Shown here: positions 18,529 through 29,098 of the stretch, in pieces
Layout: the number at the start of each line of letters is the position of its first letter
Numbering within the stretch: the first letter of the stretch is position 1
Assembly (NCBI GenBank): GCA_965209155.1
Contig: OZ242383.1
Location: forward strand, 896,001-960,000
DNA: 64,000 bases
Reading direction: 5' to 3'
From: a bacterium
Lineage (GTDB): Bacteria; SAR324; NAC60-12
Translations under genes and position numbers: made by a program
The notes under the pieces: generated by a model
Told to the model about the DNA's origin: nothing
The model's database searches: none
The model's input: only the letters and a program-made list of their open reading frames with translations

Positions 18529-20622
18529 ATGCCACTCAAACTTCTTAACGCTTTCGCATTTTGTATACTTGTTTTTAGTGGAACTTTTTTCATCGAAGCC
18601 AGGGAGCATGATGCGCCCTTGACGGGGCAAACCGTTGCCAGGATTACGCAACAATTTGCCGCGATTCATTACGCAAAAAAGCCGATTGATGACGAGATTT
18701 CCCGTAAAATGCTCAATACCTACCTCAGCCGGCTCGATCCGGGTCATTATTATTTTCGACAAACGGATATTGATGAATTCCTCGAATATGAATATCGTCT
18801 TGACGATCTCCTGGAACAAGGAGACATCGAACTGGCTTTGCATATCTTTAAGCGATTTAAAACTCGAATTGCTGAACACCTGGAATACATAGAGATACTG
18901 GTAAATGAAGAATTTGATTTCGATAAAGATGCGTCTCTGAAAATTGATCGCGACCAGGAGCCATATCCCGATAGTCTTGAAGCAGCGCAAAAACTCTGGA
19001 GACTCAAATTCAAATTTGACTTACTCACTCTGGTCATAGGTGGAGATCCCCAGGAAGAGGCCAAAAATCGTTTGTTGCAAAGGGCGCAGGCCAACTGGAA
19101 AAATTTTTCCCAATTCACGGATAACAACGTGCTGTCTTTATATCTCAATGCATTTACCAGTGGCTATGATCCCCATTCCTCCTACATGGAACCTCATGAC
19201 CAGAAAAATTTTGAAATCAACACCAGACTTTCTTTGGAAGGGATAGGCGCTGTTTTGCGCTGGGACAACGGATACACCGTGGTGAACTCCATTGTTCCTG
19301 GAGGAGCCGCATTTCGTGAAGGAAGCCTGCGGGTCAACGACCGGATTCTGGCGGTTGCGCAGGGAGATGACTCGTTTGAAAGCGTGGTGGACGTTCGCTT
19401 GAATGACGTGGTTCAATTGATTCGAGGAAAGCGTGGTACCAAAGTTCGTCTGCAAGTTTTGCGTAAGACGGAAAAAGGGGATTCCATCGTCACCATTGCT
19501 ATCATCCGCGAGAAAATCGTCTTGAAAGATGGAGAAGCAAAATCTTACCTGCTCACGCCTGATTCCCCCGAAAGCGAAAATTTCAGGGGACCGGAAGAAT
19601 ATACTATCGGCTTGATCCATTTACCTTCATTTTATACCGATTTTGAAGGACGGCGCAAGAATCAGGCGGATTATAAAAGCGCCACACGCGATGTGAAAAA
19701 AATTCTGGAACAATTCAACTCGGACAAAGTGGATGGTGTCGTGTTGGATTTGCGGAACAATGGTGGAGGCGGCCTGCTGGAAGCAGTCAATATGGTGGGG
19801 CTTTTTGTTGGAAAAAAACCTGCCGTTATGGTCCGAAACACCTTTGGTGAAAAAAATACCCGTAGAAGCCAGCAAAGCCAGGTATATCACGGTCCCCTGC
19901 TGATTTTACTCAATCACTACAGCGCGTCGGCATCAGAAATTTTAGCCGGAGCTTTGCAAGATTATGGGCGTGCCATTTTGATCGGAGATAAATCCACCTT
20001 TGGAAAAGGAACCGTACAGAACATTGCCAACCTTCCAGACAATTTCGGCGCATTGAAAATAACCATTGCGCAGTTCTACCGGGTTTCCGGAGGCTCTACT
20101 CAAAATATGGGAGTCGTGCCGGATATCGTCCTGCCTTCGATCAACAATCACATGGAAATTGGAGAATCGCATTTGGAAAACGCGCTTCCCTGGAAAAAAA
20201 TCAAATCACTTGATTATAAACAGGATCAGACAATTCAAAATTATTTACCTGCACTTATCGAGCTTTCTCAAAAAAGGATCAACGAACACCCGCTCTTTCA
20301 AGAGGTAGAGAAAGAAATTGATGAATATTTAAATCATGTCAAACCTAAAGAATACACGACCATCCTGGGGATCCAGGAAGAATTCAGGAAAGACGAGGCA
20401 CAAAGCGCAGAAGATAGAGTGGCAATGGAAAAAAGCATCATCAATGCGCAAGAAGAAAACCTCGATGGATCACAAGACAAGGTAAAGGATACCCCCACTC
20501 CCTCGGCTCTTGCGGACTTTGAATATTCCGGGAAAAACATCTACTTGGAAGAGAGTGTCTTTATCTTGGAGGACTTCATCCGCTACCTGGAAACCGGAGG
20601 TACAAAGTTGTCCCAAAATTAG
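18529..20622 (+). CDS. prc: Carboxy-terminal processing protease (S41A, Prc/Tsp)
   Basis: Signal peptide, DPHSSY, GIGAVL PDZ, DLRNNGGG, SASASEI, TFGKGTVQ. Confidence 0.95.
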   Translation: MPLKLLNAFAFCILVFSGTFFIEAREHDAPLTGQTVARITQQFAAIHYAKKPIDDEISRKMLNTYLSRLDPGHYYFRQTDIDEFLEYEYRLDDLLEQGDIELALHIFKRFKTRIAEHLEYIEILVNEEFDFDKDASLKIDRDQEPYPDSLEAAQKLWRLKFKFDLLTLVIGGDPQEEAKNRLLQRAQANWKNFSQFTDNNVLSLYLNAFTSGYDPHSSYMEPHDQKNFEINTRLSLEGIGAVLRWDNGYTVVNSIVPGGAAFREGSLRVNDRILAVAQGDDSFESVVDVRLNDVVQLIRGKRGTKVRLQVLRKTEKGDSIVTIAIIREKIVLKDGEAKSYLLTPDSPESENFRGPEEYTIGLIHLPSFYTDFEGRRKNQADYKSATRDVKKILEQFNSDKVDGVVLDLRNNGGGGLLEAVNMVGLFVGKKPAVMVRNTFGEKNTRRSQQSQVYHGPLLILLNHYSASASEILAGALQDYGRAILIGDKSTFGKGTVQNIANLPDNFGALKITIAQFYRVSGGSTQNMGVVPDIVLPSINNHMEIGESHLENALPWKKIKSLDYKQDQTIQNYLPALIELSQKRINEHPLFQEVEKEIDEYLNHVKPKEYTTILGIQEEFRKDEAQSAEDRVAMEKSIINAQEENLDGSQDKVKDTPTPSALADFEYSGKNIYLEESVFILEDFIRYLETGGTKLSQN

Positions 20623-20635
20623 AAATTGTCCGGAA

Positions 20636-22264
20636 TCAGAAAGCCTTGGTTTTTTTCAGAAAAGTGGCGCAAATCGAAGGCAGGTCACTTGTAGTGGTTT
20701 GCAGGTAGGAAAAGACGAGGTCTCGCAATGTCTGCTGAGTTTTTAAAACTTTTTGGGATGCGTGAATCAAAGCTTCTCCTCGCATGCCACCCCCTCCATT
20801 CCAGTGATAGTTGGTCAACCACACCTGGAACAATTCAGAAGATGGCATCGTCTCTTCATCCTGCATGAGTTTCAACGCAAGGGGCTCTTGGTCATTTTGC
20901 AATTCTGCTTGAAACCCACCTGGTAAGAGCAAAGCGCTGGAGCGAAATTTTTTATCTTCTAACATGCGTTGATAAGATTTCAACAAAATACGTATTTGCT
21001 TTCCAAACAAACCGGCTTGCACCAGGAAATTATCATAAGGGAGCCAGCGAAACAAATGCAACCTTTTCAGCGGATTTCGTAGTTCTCGGGAAGACACCTC
21101 ATGCCATTTCCAGCGTGGTAGAAGGGAAAGCATGGAATTACGGGAATCGACCGTAAGTACTTGATGGGACAAAGCAGCTCCACATTCGTAAAACACATCG
21201 CGGTCCGGTTTCGCAATTAGTTCAACTGCAGTCGGAGTTTCCAGATACCGACGAACCAGCTCCATATCTTGGGAAACCAGTTTCTGAAGCTTCTCTGAAA
21301 AAGTTGAGGATGCCTGAATGAATTCAAATTCCCTTCCCTTCGTCTGCCATTTCCCCTGGTCTTTTTCGAGAAAAAACTTGATCACGCTCACTCCCTCACC
21401 CCATGAACCGGGACTGACCACGGGAACCCTGAAGTTTCGTAAATCATCAGTACGACGTTTGGGATAAATACGATGGGAATGGCCGGAAATAATCAAGTCC
21501 ATCCCCTCCTGGTAGTCGGCCACTAAACCGGCAGCATTGGCCAGGGGAACTCCTTCATTCAAAGAGGCCCATTGATCGTATCCCGCATTGTGTCCACTAT
21601 GGAACAATCCGATCACCAAATCCACCTCTTTTTTTTCCTTGAGGACAGGAAGCCATTTTTGGGTTGCCTCGAACATATCTTGAAACTCGAGGTTTTCCAG
21701 GTGGGCATCATCGACCCACATTGGCGTCCCAGGAGTAATCAACCCCAATATTCCAACTCGCACCCCTTGTCGTTCCAGTATATGATATGGAGGGAGGAAG
21801 GGGACCCCATCTTTATTAAGTAAATTGGCTGCTAACCAGGGAAAATGAGAACGACGCCGATTTTTCTCTAAGACTGCCAGGGGAGGCTCTAAATCGTGGT
21901 TGCCCAAAACCATCGCATCGTAGCGCAGCCGGTTCATCAACTTGATGATGGGCAAGGGTCGATCGCTGAGAGTGTTGTAATTGAAATAAAAATTGGCAGG
22001 ACTTCCTTGCAAGGTATCTCCTGCGTCCAGCAAAATCAACTGGGGGTGTTCCTCTCGCAACTTCTCTATAATGGGACCCACATGCAAAATACCACGCGGT
22101 TTTTTATGCGGAAACATTGAGTTGGTGGACAACCATCCATGCAAATCCGAAGTTGCGGCAATCACAATGGTTGTTCGGGATCCAGGGACATCCGCGAGAC
22201 TGGGATATGACCCTGATATTGCGATGCTGATGACGAATATCCACTTGCCGATTGCTCTTACCAT
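20636..22264 (-). CDS. Bifunctional metallophosphatase/5'-nucleotidase (CpdB-like)
   Basis: TSDLHG, DAGDTLQG, LGNHD, HSG, GHSH; start uncertain. Confidence 0.87.
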   Translation of the reverse strand: MVRAIGKWIFVISIAISGSYPSLADVPGSRTTIVIAATSDLHGWLSTNSMFPHKKPRGILHVGPIIEKLREEHPQLILLDAGDTLQGSPANFYFNYNTLSDRPLPIIKLMNRLRYDAMVLGNHDLEPPLAVLEKNRRRSHFPWLAANLLNKDGVPFLPPYHILERQGVRVGILGLITPGTPMWVDDAHLENLEFQDMFEATQKWLPVLKEKKEVDLVIGLFHSGHNAGYDQWASLNEGVPLANAAGLVADYQEGMDLIISGHSHRIYPKRRTDDLRNFRVPVVSPGSWGEGVSVIKFFLEKDQGKWQTKGREFEFIQASSTFSEKLQKLVSQDMELVRRYLETPTAVELIAKPDRDVFYECGAALSHQVLTVDSRNSMLSLLPRWKWHEVSSRELRNPLKRLHLFRWLPYDNFLVQAGLFGKQIRILLKSYQRMLEDKKFRSSALLLPGGFQAELQNDQEPLALKLMQDEETMPSSELFQVWLTNYHWNGGGGMRGEALIHASQKVLKTQQTLRDLVFSYLQTTTSDLPSICATFLKKTKAF

Positions 22265-22316
22265 CGCGATTGATTTTGGATACGGAGGAAGCACGAGGGT
22301 CTTGAAAAGAAGCAAA

Positions 22317-23099
22317 TTAAAAGAGGATGTATCCTCCATCGATCACAAATTCATCTCCAGTATGATAAGCACTGGCATCGCTCATGATATAGACAGCGAT
22401 GGCCCCAAAATCCTCGGGTTTTCCCCAACGGCGTTGAGGGACGCGTGGTAAAACTTTGCGAGTGAAGGATTCGCTGTGAATGATATTATCGGTCATGGCA
22501 GTTTCAATCCAACCCGGCAAGACCGAATGGGCGGTCACGCCATATCGCGCTAATTCAACGGCAAGACCTCGCATCATGGAAATCATCCCTCCTTTGGTCG
22601 CCGCGTAGTGTTCACTTCGAGGTGCTCCACTGATCGCCGCCAGGCTGGCAGTTCCAATCAGACGACCACCGGGGTCCCCATTGTTTGCACGTTCCACCAT
22701 ATGTCGGGACGAAGCGCGTAAGCAATAAAAAGCGCCAAATAAATTCACTTTGAATATCCGTTCCCACTGCTCACCGGTCATCTCTGGGAAAACGGGGCCC
22801 CCACCCCCTATTCCCGCATTGGCGAAACAACCATCGACCCTTCCGAATTCTTGCAGTAATTCAGCGAAGCAGGATTCCACTTCAGCTTCATTCTCGACGC
22901 TACACTTCATGGCAGCAACTTTACTTCCATAGGATTGGAGCTTTTCCAAGGCCTCCCTGTTTTTGGTTTGATTGGTTCCCCAAATACAAACATTCGCTCC
23001 AGCCTGCACCAAAGCTTCCGCAAATCCAAAACCGATGCCACCATTTCCTCCGGTGATGAGAGCCACTTTTCCACTTAAGTCGAATGGTTCGTACGCCAT
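22317..23099 (-). CDS. SDR family oxidoreductase
   Basis: TGGNGGIG, NAG, YAATK, PGWIET. Confidence 0.93.
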   Translation of the reverse strand: MAYEPFDLSGKVALITGGNGGIGFGFAEALVQAGANVCIWGTNQTKNREALEKLQSYGSKVAAMKCSVENEAEVESCFAELLQEFGRVDGCFANAGIGGGGPVFPEMTGEQWERIFKVNLFGAFYCLRASSRHMVERANNGDPGGRLIGTASLAAISGAPRSEHYAATKGGMISMMRGLAVELARYGVTAHSVLPGWIETAMTDNIIHSESFTRKVLPRVPQRRWGKPEDFGAIAVYIMSDASAYHTGDEFVIDGGYILF

Positions 23100-23121
23100 A
23101 TTCTTCTCCTTGTTCTACTGT

Positions 23122-24582
23122 TTATAATGATTGAATTTTTTCTTTCCGTAAAGAAGTGCGCCTTGTTTTTCCAGCATCGTCCCGCAGGGGCTTGTTGACG
23201 AATTCGAAACTGCGCGGAATTTTATAACGAACCAGTCGTTGCGCGAGATGTGCCAACAATGAGTCCTGATCGATTCCACCAGGAGCATCCACAATGGCAT
23301 GAACGCTTTGTCCCAGATCTTCATCTGGCACGCCAACCACTGCGCTGGAACGAACGCCTGGAAAGGAATCGATCGCCCCTTCCACTTCGGCAGGATAGAT
23401 ATTGGCGCCTCCGGAAATAATCAAGTCTTTCCTACGATCGCAAAGATACAGATATCCCTCGTTGTCCATGTATCCCAGGTCACCAAGGGACTCCCAACCT
23501 CCTGCGATCGCCCTGGCTTCTGCGCCAATATAGTGATAGCTGCTGCCTTGACCTTTGGCAGGTAGAAAAAAGATTTCTCCGATTTCACCTGCTGGTAATT
23601 CTTGGCCATTTTCATCAAAGATTTTGATTTGACCCTCCGTGACCAGTTTTCCCACTGACCCTTTGCGCGCTAACCATTCCTCGCTAGTGATCCAGGTGAC
23701 TCCCAGCCCTTCCGTGCCAGCATATAATTCATAGACTCGATTCCCCAACCATTCGATCCACTTTTCCTTGAGCCAAACCGGACAAGGCGCTGCTAAATGA
23801 AGCATGACGCGCAGGGAAGAGAGATCATAACGATTACGGGTTTCCTCGGCAAGACGCCAGATCCGGTGCATCATCGTAGGAACCATCATCACCCATGCGA
23901 TCTTGTACTTTTCAATGAGAGCCAAGGTCTCTTCGGCATCAAATCGACTCATCGACACGACGTAACAACCCCGGAACAGTGCCATCATCGAGTAGGTAAA
24001 AGGTCCATTGTGGTATAAAGGACCGGGGACCAGGTGGTTTTCTTCAGATGACAGTGAGCAGTAATAACAAGGTTGTTGCTCCAGGTCGACCTCCCCCGGG
24101 TCTTCTGAAACAATCAGCTTGGGTCGTCCGGTGCTTCCTCCGGAAGTGAGCGCTTTCCAGTAGCGGGCGACTGCATCGGGCAACGGTTCATCCGAAAGTT
24201 GTGGGTCTGCTTGAAACCCGGCAGGTAATATTTGACGGTCATGGAATGACCCCAACCCAACTCCAACGATCAAAGATGGGTTTGCCAATTCTACGACGGC
24301 ACTTAACTCTATTTCGGGAAGACGGTAGGAAACAGGTTGAGGGATTGCGCCGAGCTTCCAGATCGCAACGCAAGCTTCGTAAAATTCAATACTGTTGGGC
24401 AGCGCCACGGTGACGAAATCGTTTCGTTTGACTCCCTTCAGTTGGTAAGCCCGTGCCAGGCGGTTCGTACGAAGATCCATTTCCCTGCGAGTCACAGTTT
24501 TCCCTTCATGGGTGATAGATGGCCAATCCGGATGTTCTGCCGCATGTTGGGAAATGATTCGACTGATGGACATCAGTGCCAT
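23122..24582 (-). CDS. Acyl-CoA synthetase (AMP-binding; bile acid-CoA ligase-like)
   Basis: TSGGSTGRPK, YAGTE, GDLG, RRKDLIISGG; start uncertain. Confidence 0.9.
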   Translation of the reverse strand: MALMSISRIISQHAAEHPDWPSITHEGKTVTRREMDLRTNRLARAYQLKGVKRNDFVTVALPNSIEFYEACVAIWKLGAIPQPVSYRLPEIELSAVVELANPSLIVGVGLGSFHDRQILPAGFQADPQLSDEPLPDAVARYWKALTSGGSTGRPKLIVSEDPGEVDLEQQPCYYCSLSSEENHLVPGPLYHNGPFTYSMMALFRGCYVVSMSRFDAEETLALIEKYKIAWVMMVPTMMHRIWRLAEETRNRYDLSSLRVMLHLAAPCPVWLKEKWIEWLGNRVYELYAGTEGLGVTWITSEEWLARKGSVGKLVTEGQIKIFDENGQELPAGEIGEIFFLPAKGQGSSYHYIGAEARAIAGGWESLGDLGYMDNEGYLYLCDRRKDLIISGGANIYPAEVEGAIDSFPGVRSSAVVGVPDEDLGQSVHAIVDAPGGIDQDSLLAHLAQRLVRYKIPRSFEFVNKPLRDDAGKTRRTSLRKEKIQSL

Positions 24583-24844
24583 AAGAGTGCTTTTCAACCG
24601 AAATGAACTGTTAAAAACTCCTGAACAAGCATTGTCACTATTAATTTCAGATCTATAACATGTTGGGAATATCGATGATAAATCAAGACAATTTCGTGTT
24701 TTGAAGTGAAATATACCATTAATAGGGCTTGTACATGCAAAGCAAGCAGGGTATGTTACATGTATATATTACAATACTTCTTCATTCTTCCCTGGGAAAA
24801 ATGGTAAAGAGCTCAGGGCAGGCAGCTTTATTCTGGAGCGCTGT

Positions 24845-26119
24845 TTGGTAGATCAGGACAACGTGGTTCAATCGAACCGAGTCTTATTGATCGCGGTTCA
24901 ACTTCCTTCCCAATCGGAGCACGAAACGCTTCATTCCATGGACGAACTCGCTTCCCTGGCATCTACTGCTGGTTATCGAATTGTTGCTCGTGTCATTCAA
25001 ATTCGTCCACAGATTCATCCGGCAACCTTTGTGGGGAAAGGAAAAATTTCGCAAATCAAGCAAACGCTCCACTGTTCCCGTGTCGATTTGATCATCATCG
25101 ATGGTCCTTTGACTGCTAAGCAAGGAAAAAACCTGGAAGCTGCCACCAAATGCCTGGTGTGGGACCGCACCCAATTGATCTTGGAGATTTTTGCCCAAAA
25201 TGCCAAAACCCATGAAGCCAAACGACAAATAGAATTGGCGCAACTGCAATATAATTTACCCCGACTGGTCGGCCTTTGGGTACACCTGGACCGGGAACGA
25301 GGGGGGATTGGCGCCTCTCGAGGTATGGGTGAAAAGCAAATTGAAACGGACCGTCGCGTAATTCGCACCAGGATCGCGCATTTGAAAGAAGAACTGAAAC
25401 ATGTAGCCAATGAACGGAAAATACAGAAAAAACGCCGCCGAAATTGTTTACGAGTCAGTCTGATCGGATACACCAATGCCGGGAAATCTTCCATCATGAA
25501 CGCCTTAACTGAGTCGGAATTGCTGGTAAAAGATAAATTATTTGCCACTTTGGAATCAACCACGCGCATACTGGACGAGAAAAATCGTCCCAAAATCTTG
25601 CTTTCGGATACGGTGGGGTTCATTAAGAATTTGCCTCACGAATTAGTGGCCTCGTTCCGTTCCACTCTGGAAATCATCCGTGATGCGGATTTGCTGTTGC
25701 ATGTCGTCGACGTCAATGTCATAGATTATGCAGAGCATATCCACACAGCTTTGCAAGTCTTGGACGACCTCCAAGCCAACTGCATCCCTCACTTACTGGT
25801 TTTCAATAAAATTGACCAGGTCGAATCTGCCACACGATTACCAATTTTGAAGAAAAAATACCCGGAAGCTTTGTTTGTCTCCGCAATCAATGGAAGTATG
25901 GTGGAACTACGAGAAGGGATTGTCCGCTTTTTTGAAAAGAAAATGGAGACGGTGGAGGTACTCCTCGATTATCAAAGCTTGCGCAATCTAGCCTATATTT
26001 ACGAATGGAGCCGGGTGGATGCAATTGATTACAAAGACGACGGCATCCATCTCAGGCTGACTTCTTCTTCTGGTAATCTGGATCGTCTCCGGCACCAACT
26101 GGGGACCGCTTTCTTTTAG
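24845..26119 (+). CDS. hflX: GTPase HflX
   Basis: DRTQLILEIF, GYTNAGKS, LFATL, DTVGF, NKID. Confidence 0.96.
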   Translation: MVDQDNVVQSNRVLLIAVQLPSQSEHETLHSMDELASLASTAGYRIVARVIQIRPQIHPATFVGKGKISQIKQTLHCSRVDLIIIDGPLTAKQGKNLEAATKCLVWDRTQLILEIFAQNAKTHEAKRQIELAQLQYNLPRLVGLWVHLDRERGGIGASRGMGEKQIETDRRVIRTRIAHLKEELKHVANERKIQKKRRRNCLRVSLIGYTNAGKSSIMNALTESELLVKDKLFATLESTTRILDEKNRPKILLSDTVGFIKNLPHELVASFRSTLEIIRDADLLLHVVDVNVIDYAEHIHTALQVLDDLQANCIPHLLVFNKIDQVESATRLPILKKKYPEALFVSAINGSMVELREGIVRFFEKKMETVEVLLDYQSLRNLAYIYEWSRVDAIDYKDDGIHLRLTSSSGNLDRLRHQLGTAFF

Positions 26120-26127
26120 GAAAAGCT

Positions 26128-26952
26128 ATGAATTCACACTGCATCGGACTCGTTCAGATGAACTCGGGCGGTGATGTCCGGCAAAACTTAAAGTTTGCTC
26201 ACGAACAAATTCAAAAAGCCGCTCAGCAAACCCTCAGTTTGCTCGCCTTTCCGGAAGTCTTCCTGTACCTGGGAAATTCGTCACAGGAAAAATTTAAAAT
26301 GGCCCAAACGCTGGAGGGAGAGATTGTACAAAGTTTCCAGCACCATGCGGCATGTTATGGAATCTCCGTACTGATCGGAAGTATCTATGAAACGGTGCCG
26401 GATTTCCCGGAACACCTTTACAATACTTCCATATTGTTGGATCGTGCAGGAGAAATCCGGGGGATCTATCGTAAAATCCATCTCTTCGATGTCGATGCTC
26501 CAACGTTGCAAAGCTTGGAATCCAGGTATATCAAACCGGGATTGGATGCCGTCGTTGTTGACCATGAAATCGGAAAGATTGGTTTGAGCATCTGTTATGA
26601 TCTTCGCTTTCCAGGGTTATATCAGCATTTGAGAGACAAAGGAGCGGAAGTAATTTTTGTTCCTTCTGCTTTTTTCTTGCAGACAGGGATAAATCATTGG
26701 TTCCCTCTATTGCAAGCCCGGGCCATCGAAAATCAAGTCTATATTGCAGCCCCTGCGCAATGGGGACGGCATCCTGGTAATCGTCTCTCCTTCGGAAACA
26801 GCGTCTTGATCGATCCCTGGGGCACGATCATCTCCTGCGCTTCTGAACGCGTGGAGACCATTGTCGGGAAAATAGACATCGATTACCTTCATAAAATCCG
26901 ACAGCGCATGCCGGTTGTGGAACATCGGCGCTCAAAATTTTACCCTTCGTGA
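26128..26952 (+). CDS. Carbon-nitrogen hydrolase (Nit1/deaminated glutathione amidase-like)
   Basis: E-K-C triad: FPE, YRKIHLFD, ICYDLRFP; ARAIENQ. Confidence 0.92.
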   Translation: MNSHCIGLVQMNSGGDVRQNLKFAHEQIQKAAQQTLSLLAFPEVFLYLGNSSQEKFKMAQTLEGEIVQSFQHHAACYGISVLIGSIYETVPDFPEHLYNTSILLDRAGEIRGIYRKIHLFDVDAPTLQSLESRYIKPGLDAVVVDHEIGKIGLSICYDLRFPGLYQHLRDKGAEVIFVPSAFFLQTGINHWFPLLQARAIENQVYIAAPAQWGRHPGNRLSFGNSVLIDPWGTIISCASERVETIVGKIDIDYLHKIRQRMPVVEHRRSKFYPS

Positions 26953-27019
26953 CAACACATGGCAGCCGACTTTTGCCGTTTCAGGTAATAATTCATTTTT
27001 AGTTTAGGGAACCTCTCAA

Positions 27020-28321
27020 GTGGATCAGTTTGTTGTAGAAGGCGGCAATCCGATTGCAGGTGAAATCACGCCATCCGGCAATAAAAATGAAGCGCTGCCT
27101 GTACTCGCCGCAGTTATTTTAACAAGGGAACCTATGATCCTACGCAATGTTCCCGATATCCTGGACATTCAAAGCATGTTGGAATTGTTGCAAAGCCTCG
27201 GTGTTCAAATCATGCGTTTGGATTTCCATACTTTACGATTGCAGGCGCAGAACATTACCTCGGACTCACCATACTTCCACCAGGCCTCATTGATCAGAGG
27301 ATCATTTTTACTGGCAGGTCCCATGCTTGCCCGCTATGGATCGATTCACCTTGCCGGACCAGGCGGCGATACGATCGGCATCCGTCCGGTCAATACGCAC
27401 TTACAAGCTTTGAAAGATTTGGGAACCGAAATCGAATTGGGAAAAGGGGGTCATTACAAAATGTTCACCAAGGGACTGAAAGGTGCCCAAATTTATATGG
27501 ATGAAGCCAGTGTGACGGGTACTGAGAATTCAATCATGGCTGCCGTTACGGCAACCGGTAATACGACTGTCTATAATGCGGCCTGTGAACCACACGTGCA
27601 GGGTCTCTGTCACTGTTTGAATGACATGGGAGCCAAAATTCATGGAATTGGAAGCAATACGCTTTTCATTGAAGGAGTGTCTGAATTGTACGGATGCGAT
27701 TATACCATCCAACCCGACCATATCGAAGTGGGCTCCTTTATCGGATTGACCGTGATGACCCGGGGGGAATTGTTGATTCGACAAGCAGGGATTCCCCATA
27801 TCCGTATGATCCGTATGATGTTTGAAAAACTGGGGGTGGAAATGGAAATTCAGGGAGACGATCTGTGGGTCCCCCGACAGTTTGATTTGCGGATTCGTTC
27901 CGATCCCTTTGAAGGTATTCCCAAGATCGACGATGCGCCATGGCCTGGATTCCCTTCCGATTTACTGAGCATAATGATTGTGGTTGCCACTCAATGCTCA
28001 GGCACCGTTTTGATATTTGAAAAAATGTTCGAAAGCCGGTTGTTTTGGGTCGACAAACTGATCAATATGGGTGCAAAAATCATTTTATGTGACCCGCACC
28101 GGATCATAGTCACCGGACCGTCTTCTTTAATGGGAGCACCCGCAAGCGCCCCTTTGTTTTCCCCGGATATTCGTGCCGGAATGTCACTCTTAATTGCCGC
28201 CTTGGGTGCCAAAGGAAATAGCGTAATTCAAAATATTCATCAGATTGATCGAGGATACGAAAAAATCGATCAACGACTGAATAAGCTCGGAGCCCGAATT
28301 CAACGAGTTCAGCAAACATGA
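27020..28321 (+). CDS. murA: UDP-N-acetylglucosamine 1-carboxyvinyltransferase (Asp variant)
   Basis: SGNKNEALP, PGGDTIGIRP, SVTGTEN, PWPGFPSD, DIRAG, IDRGYE. Confidence 0.95.
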   Translation: MDQFVVEGGNPIAGEITPSGNKNEALPVLAAVILTREPMILRNVPDILDIQSMLELLQSLGVQIMRLDFHTLRLQAQNITSDSPYFHQASLIRGSFLLAGPMLARYGSIHLAGPGGDTIGIRPVNTHLQALKDLGTEIELGKGGHYKMFTKGLKGAQIYMDEASVTGTENSIMAAVTATGNTTVYNAACEPHVQGLCHCLNDMGAKIHGIGSNTLFIEGVSELYGCDYTIQPDHIEVGSFIGLTVMTRGELLIRQAGIPHIRMIRMMFEKLGVEMEIQGDDLWVPRQFDLRIRSDPFEGIPKIDDAPWPGFPSDLLSIMIVVATQCSGTVLIFEKMFESRLFWVDKLINMGAKIILCDPHRIIVTGPSSLMGAPASAPLFSPDIRAGMSLLIAALGAKGNSVIQNIHQIDRGYEKIDQRLNKLGARIQRVQQT

Positions 28322-28764
28322 CAACTCACCACTATGCCTCGCTGGGCGCCCGACTTTTGGCCCGTATCATCGATTATACCATATTGGGTATTTTGGCTTG
28401 TTTGATTGATTGGGGCAGTGGAGGGGCCTTAATCGAAGGTTGGATCTGGTTCTTCAATGGCATTTCAGGACTCCCACAAATTACATTTGCGGTCTCTGTT
28501 CTATTAATATTGTTTTTAGGCTATTTCGTTGTTTTTCAAAGTCTCAATGGACAAACCCCCGGAAAGTGGTTTTGTCGAATTATTGTACTCAAACAAGAAA
28601 ATCGGATTCCCGGATTATTTTCGAATGTCTTCCGGGAACTCGGAGTTTGGATCACGGTATTAACCGGGGGGTGGCTGTTCCTGGTTCTCATTTTTTCTTC
28701 CCGAAACAGAGGCTTCCATGATTTTCTCTCCGGTGTGGAAGTTTACCGGACAAGTGAACAATAG
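28318..28764 (+). CDS. RDD family membrane protein
   Basis: RLLARIID, GQTPGK, RGFHD. Confidence 0.88.
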   Translation: MTTHHYASLGARLLARIIDYTILGILACLIDWGSGGALIEGWIWFFNGISGLPQITFAVSVLLILFLGYFVVFQSLNGQTPGKWFCRIIVLKQENRIPGLFSNVFRELGVWITVLTGGWLFLVLIFSSRNRGFHDFLSGVEVYRTSEQ

Positions 28765-29098
28765 CGTTACAATGGATCACGATCCTTCCTCCACAGATTA
28801 CAGCCGCTTTGGTATTTTAAGATAACGCAGGGACTCAAGTACGCTTCCCAGATTTTAAAAGTATCTATGAAGTCTTGAGTCCCTTGGATTTGACCCAACA
28901 CAACTATCAGGATTTCTTCACCCTCCACAGCAACTGGTATGAAATCCGTCTGGAGGCAGAAATGATTGGGATTCAAGCGGAAATTCAGGCGATTGTTTAT
29001 GTTCCCCGCGATCAAAATGGAGATGTGAAGGGTCCGGTGTTGATAAAAGATTTTCTCTTGCGTTTAGATTCGAACATTTTCACTGGCAGGAGGAGGTC

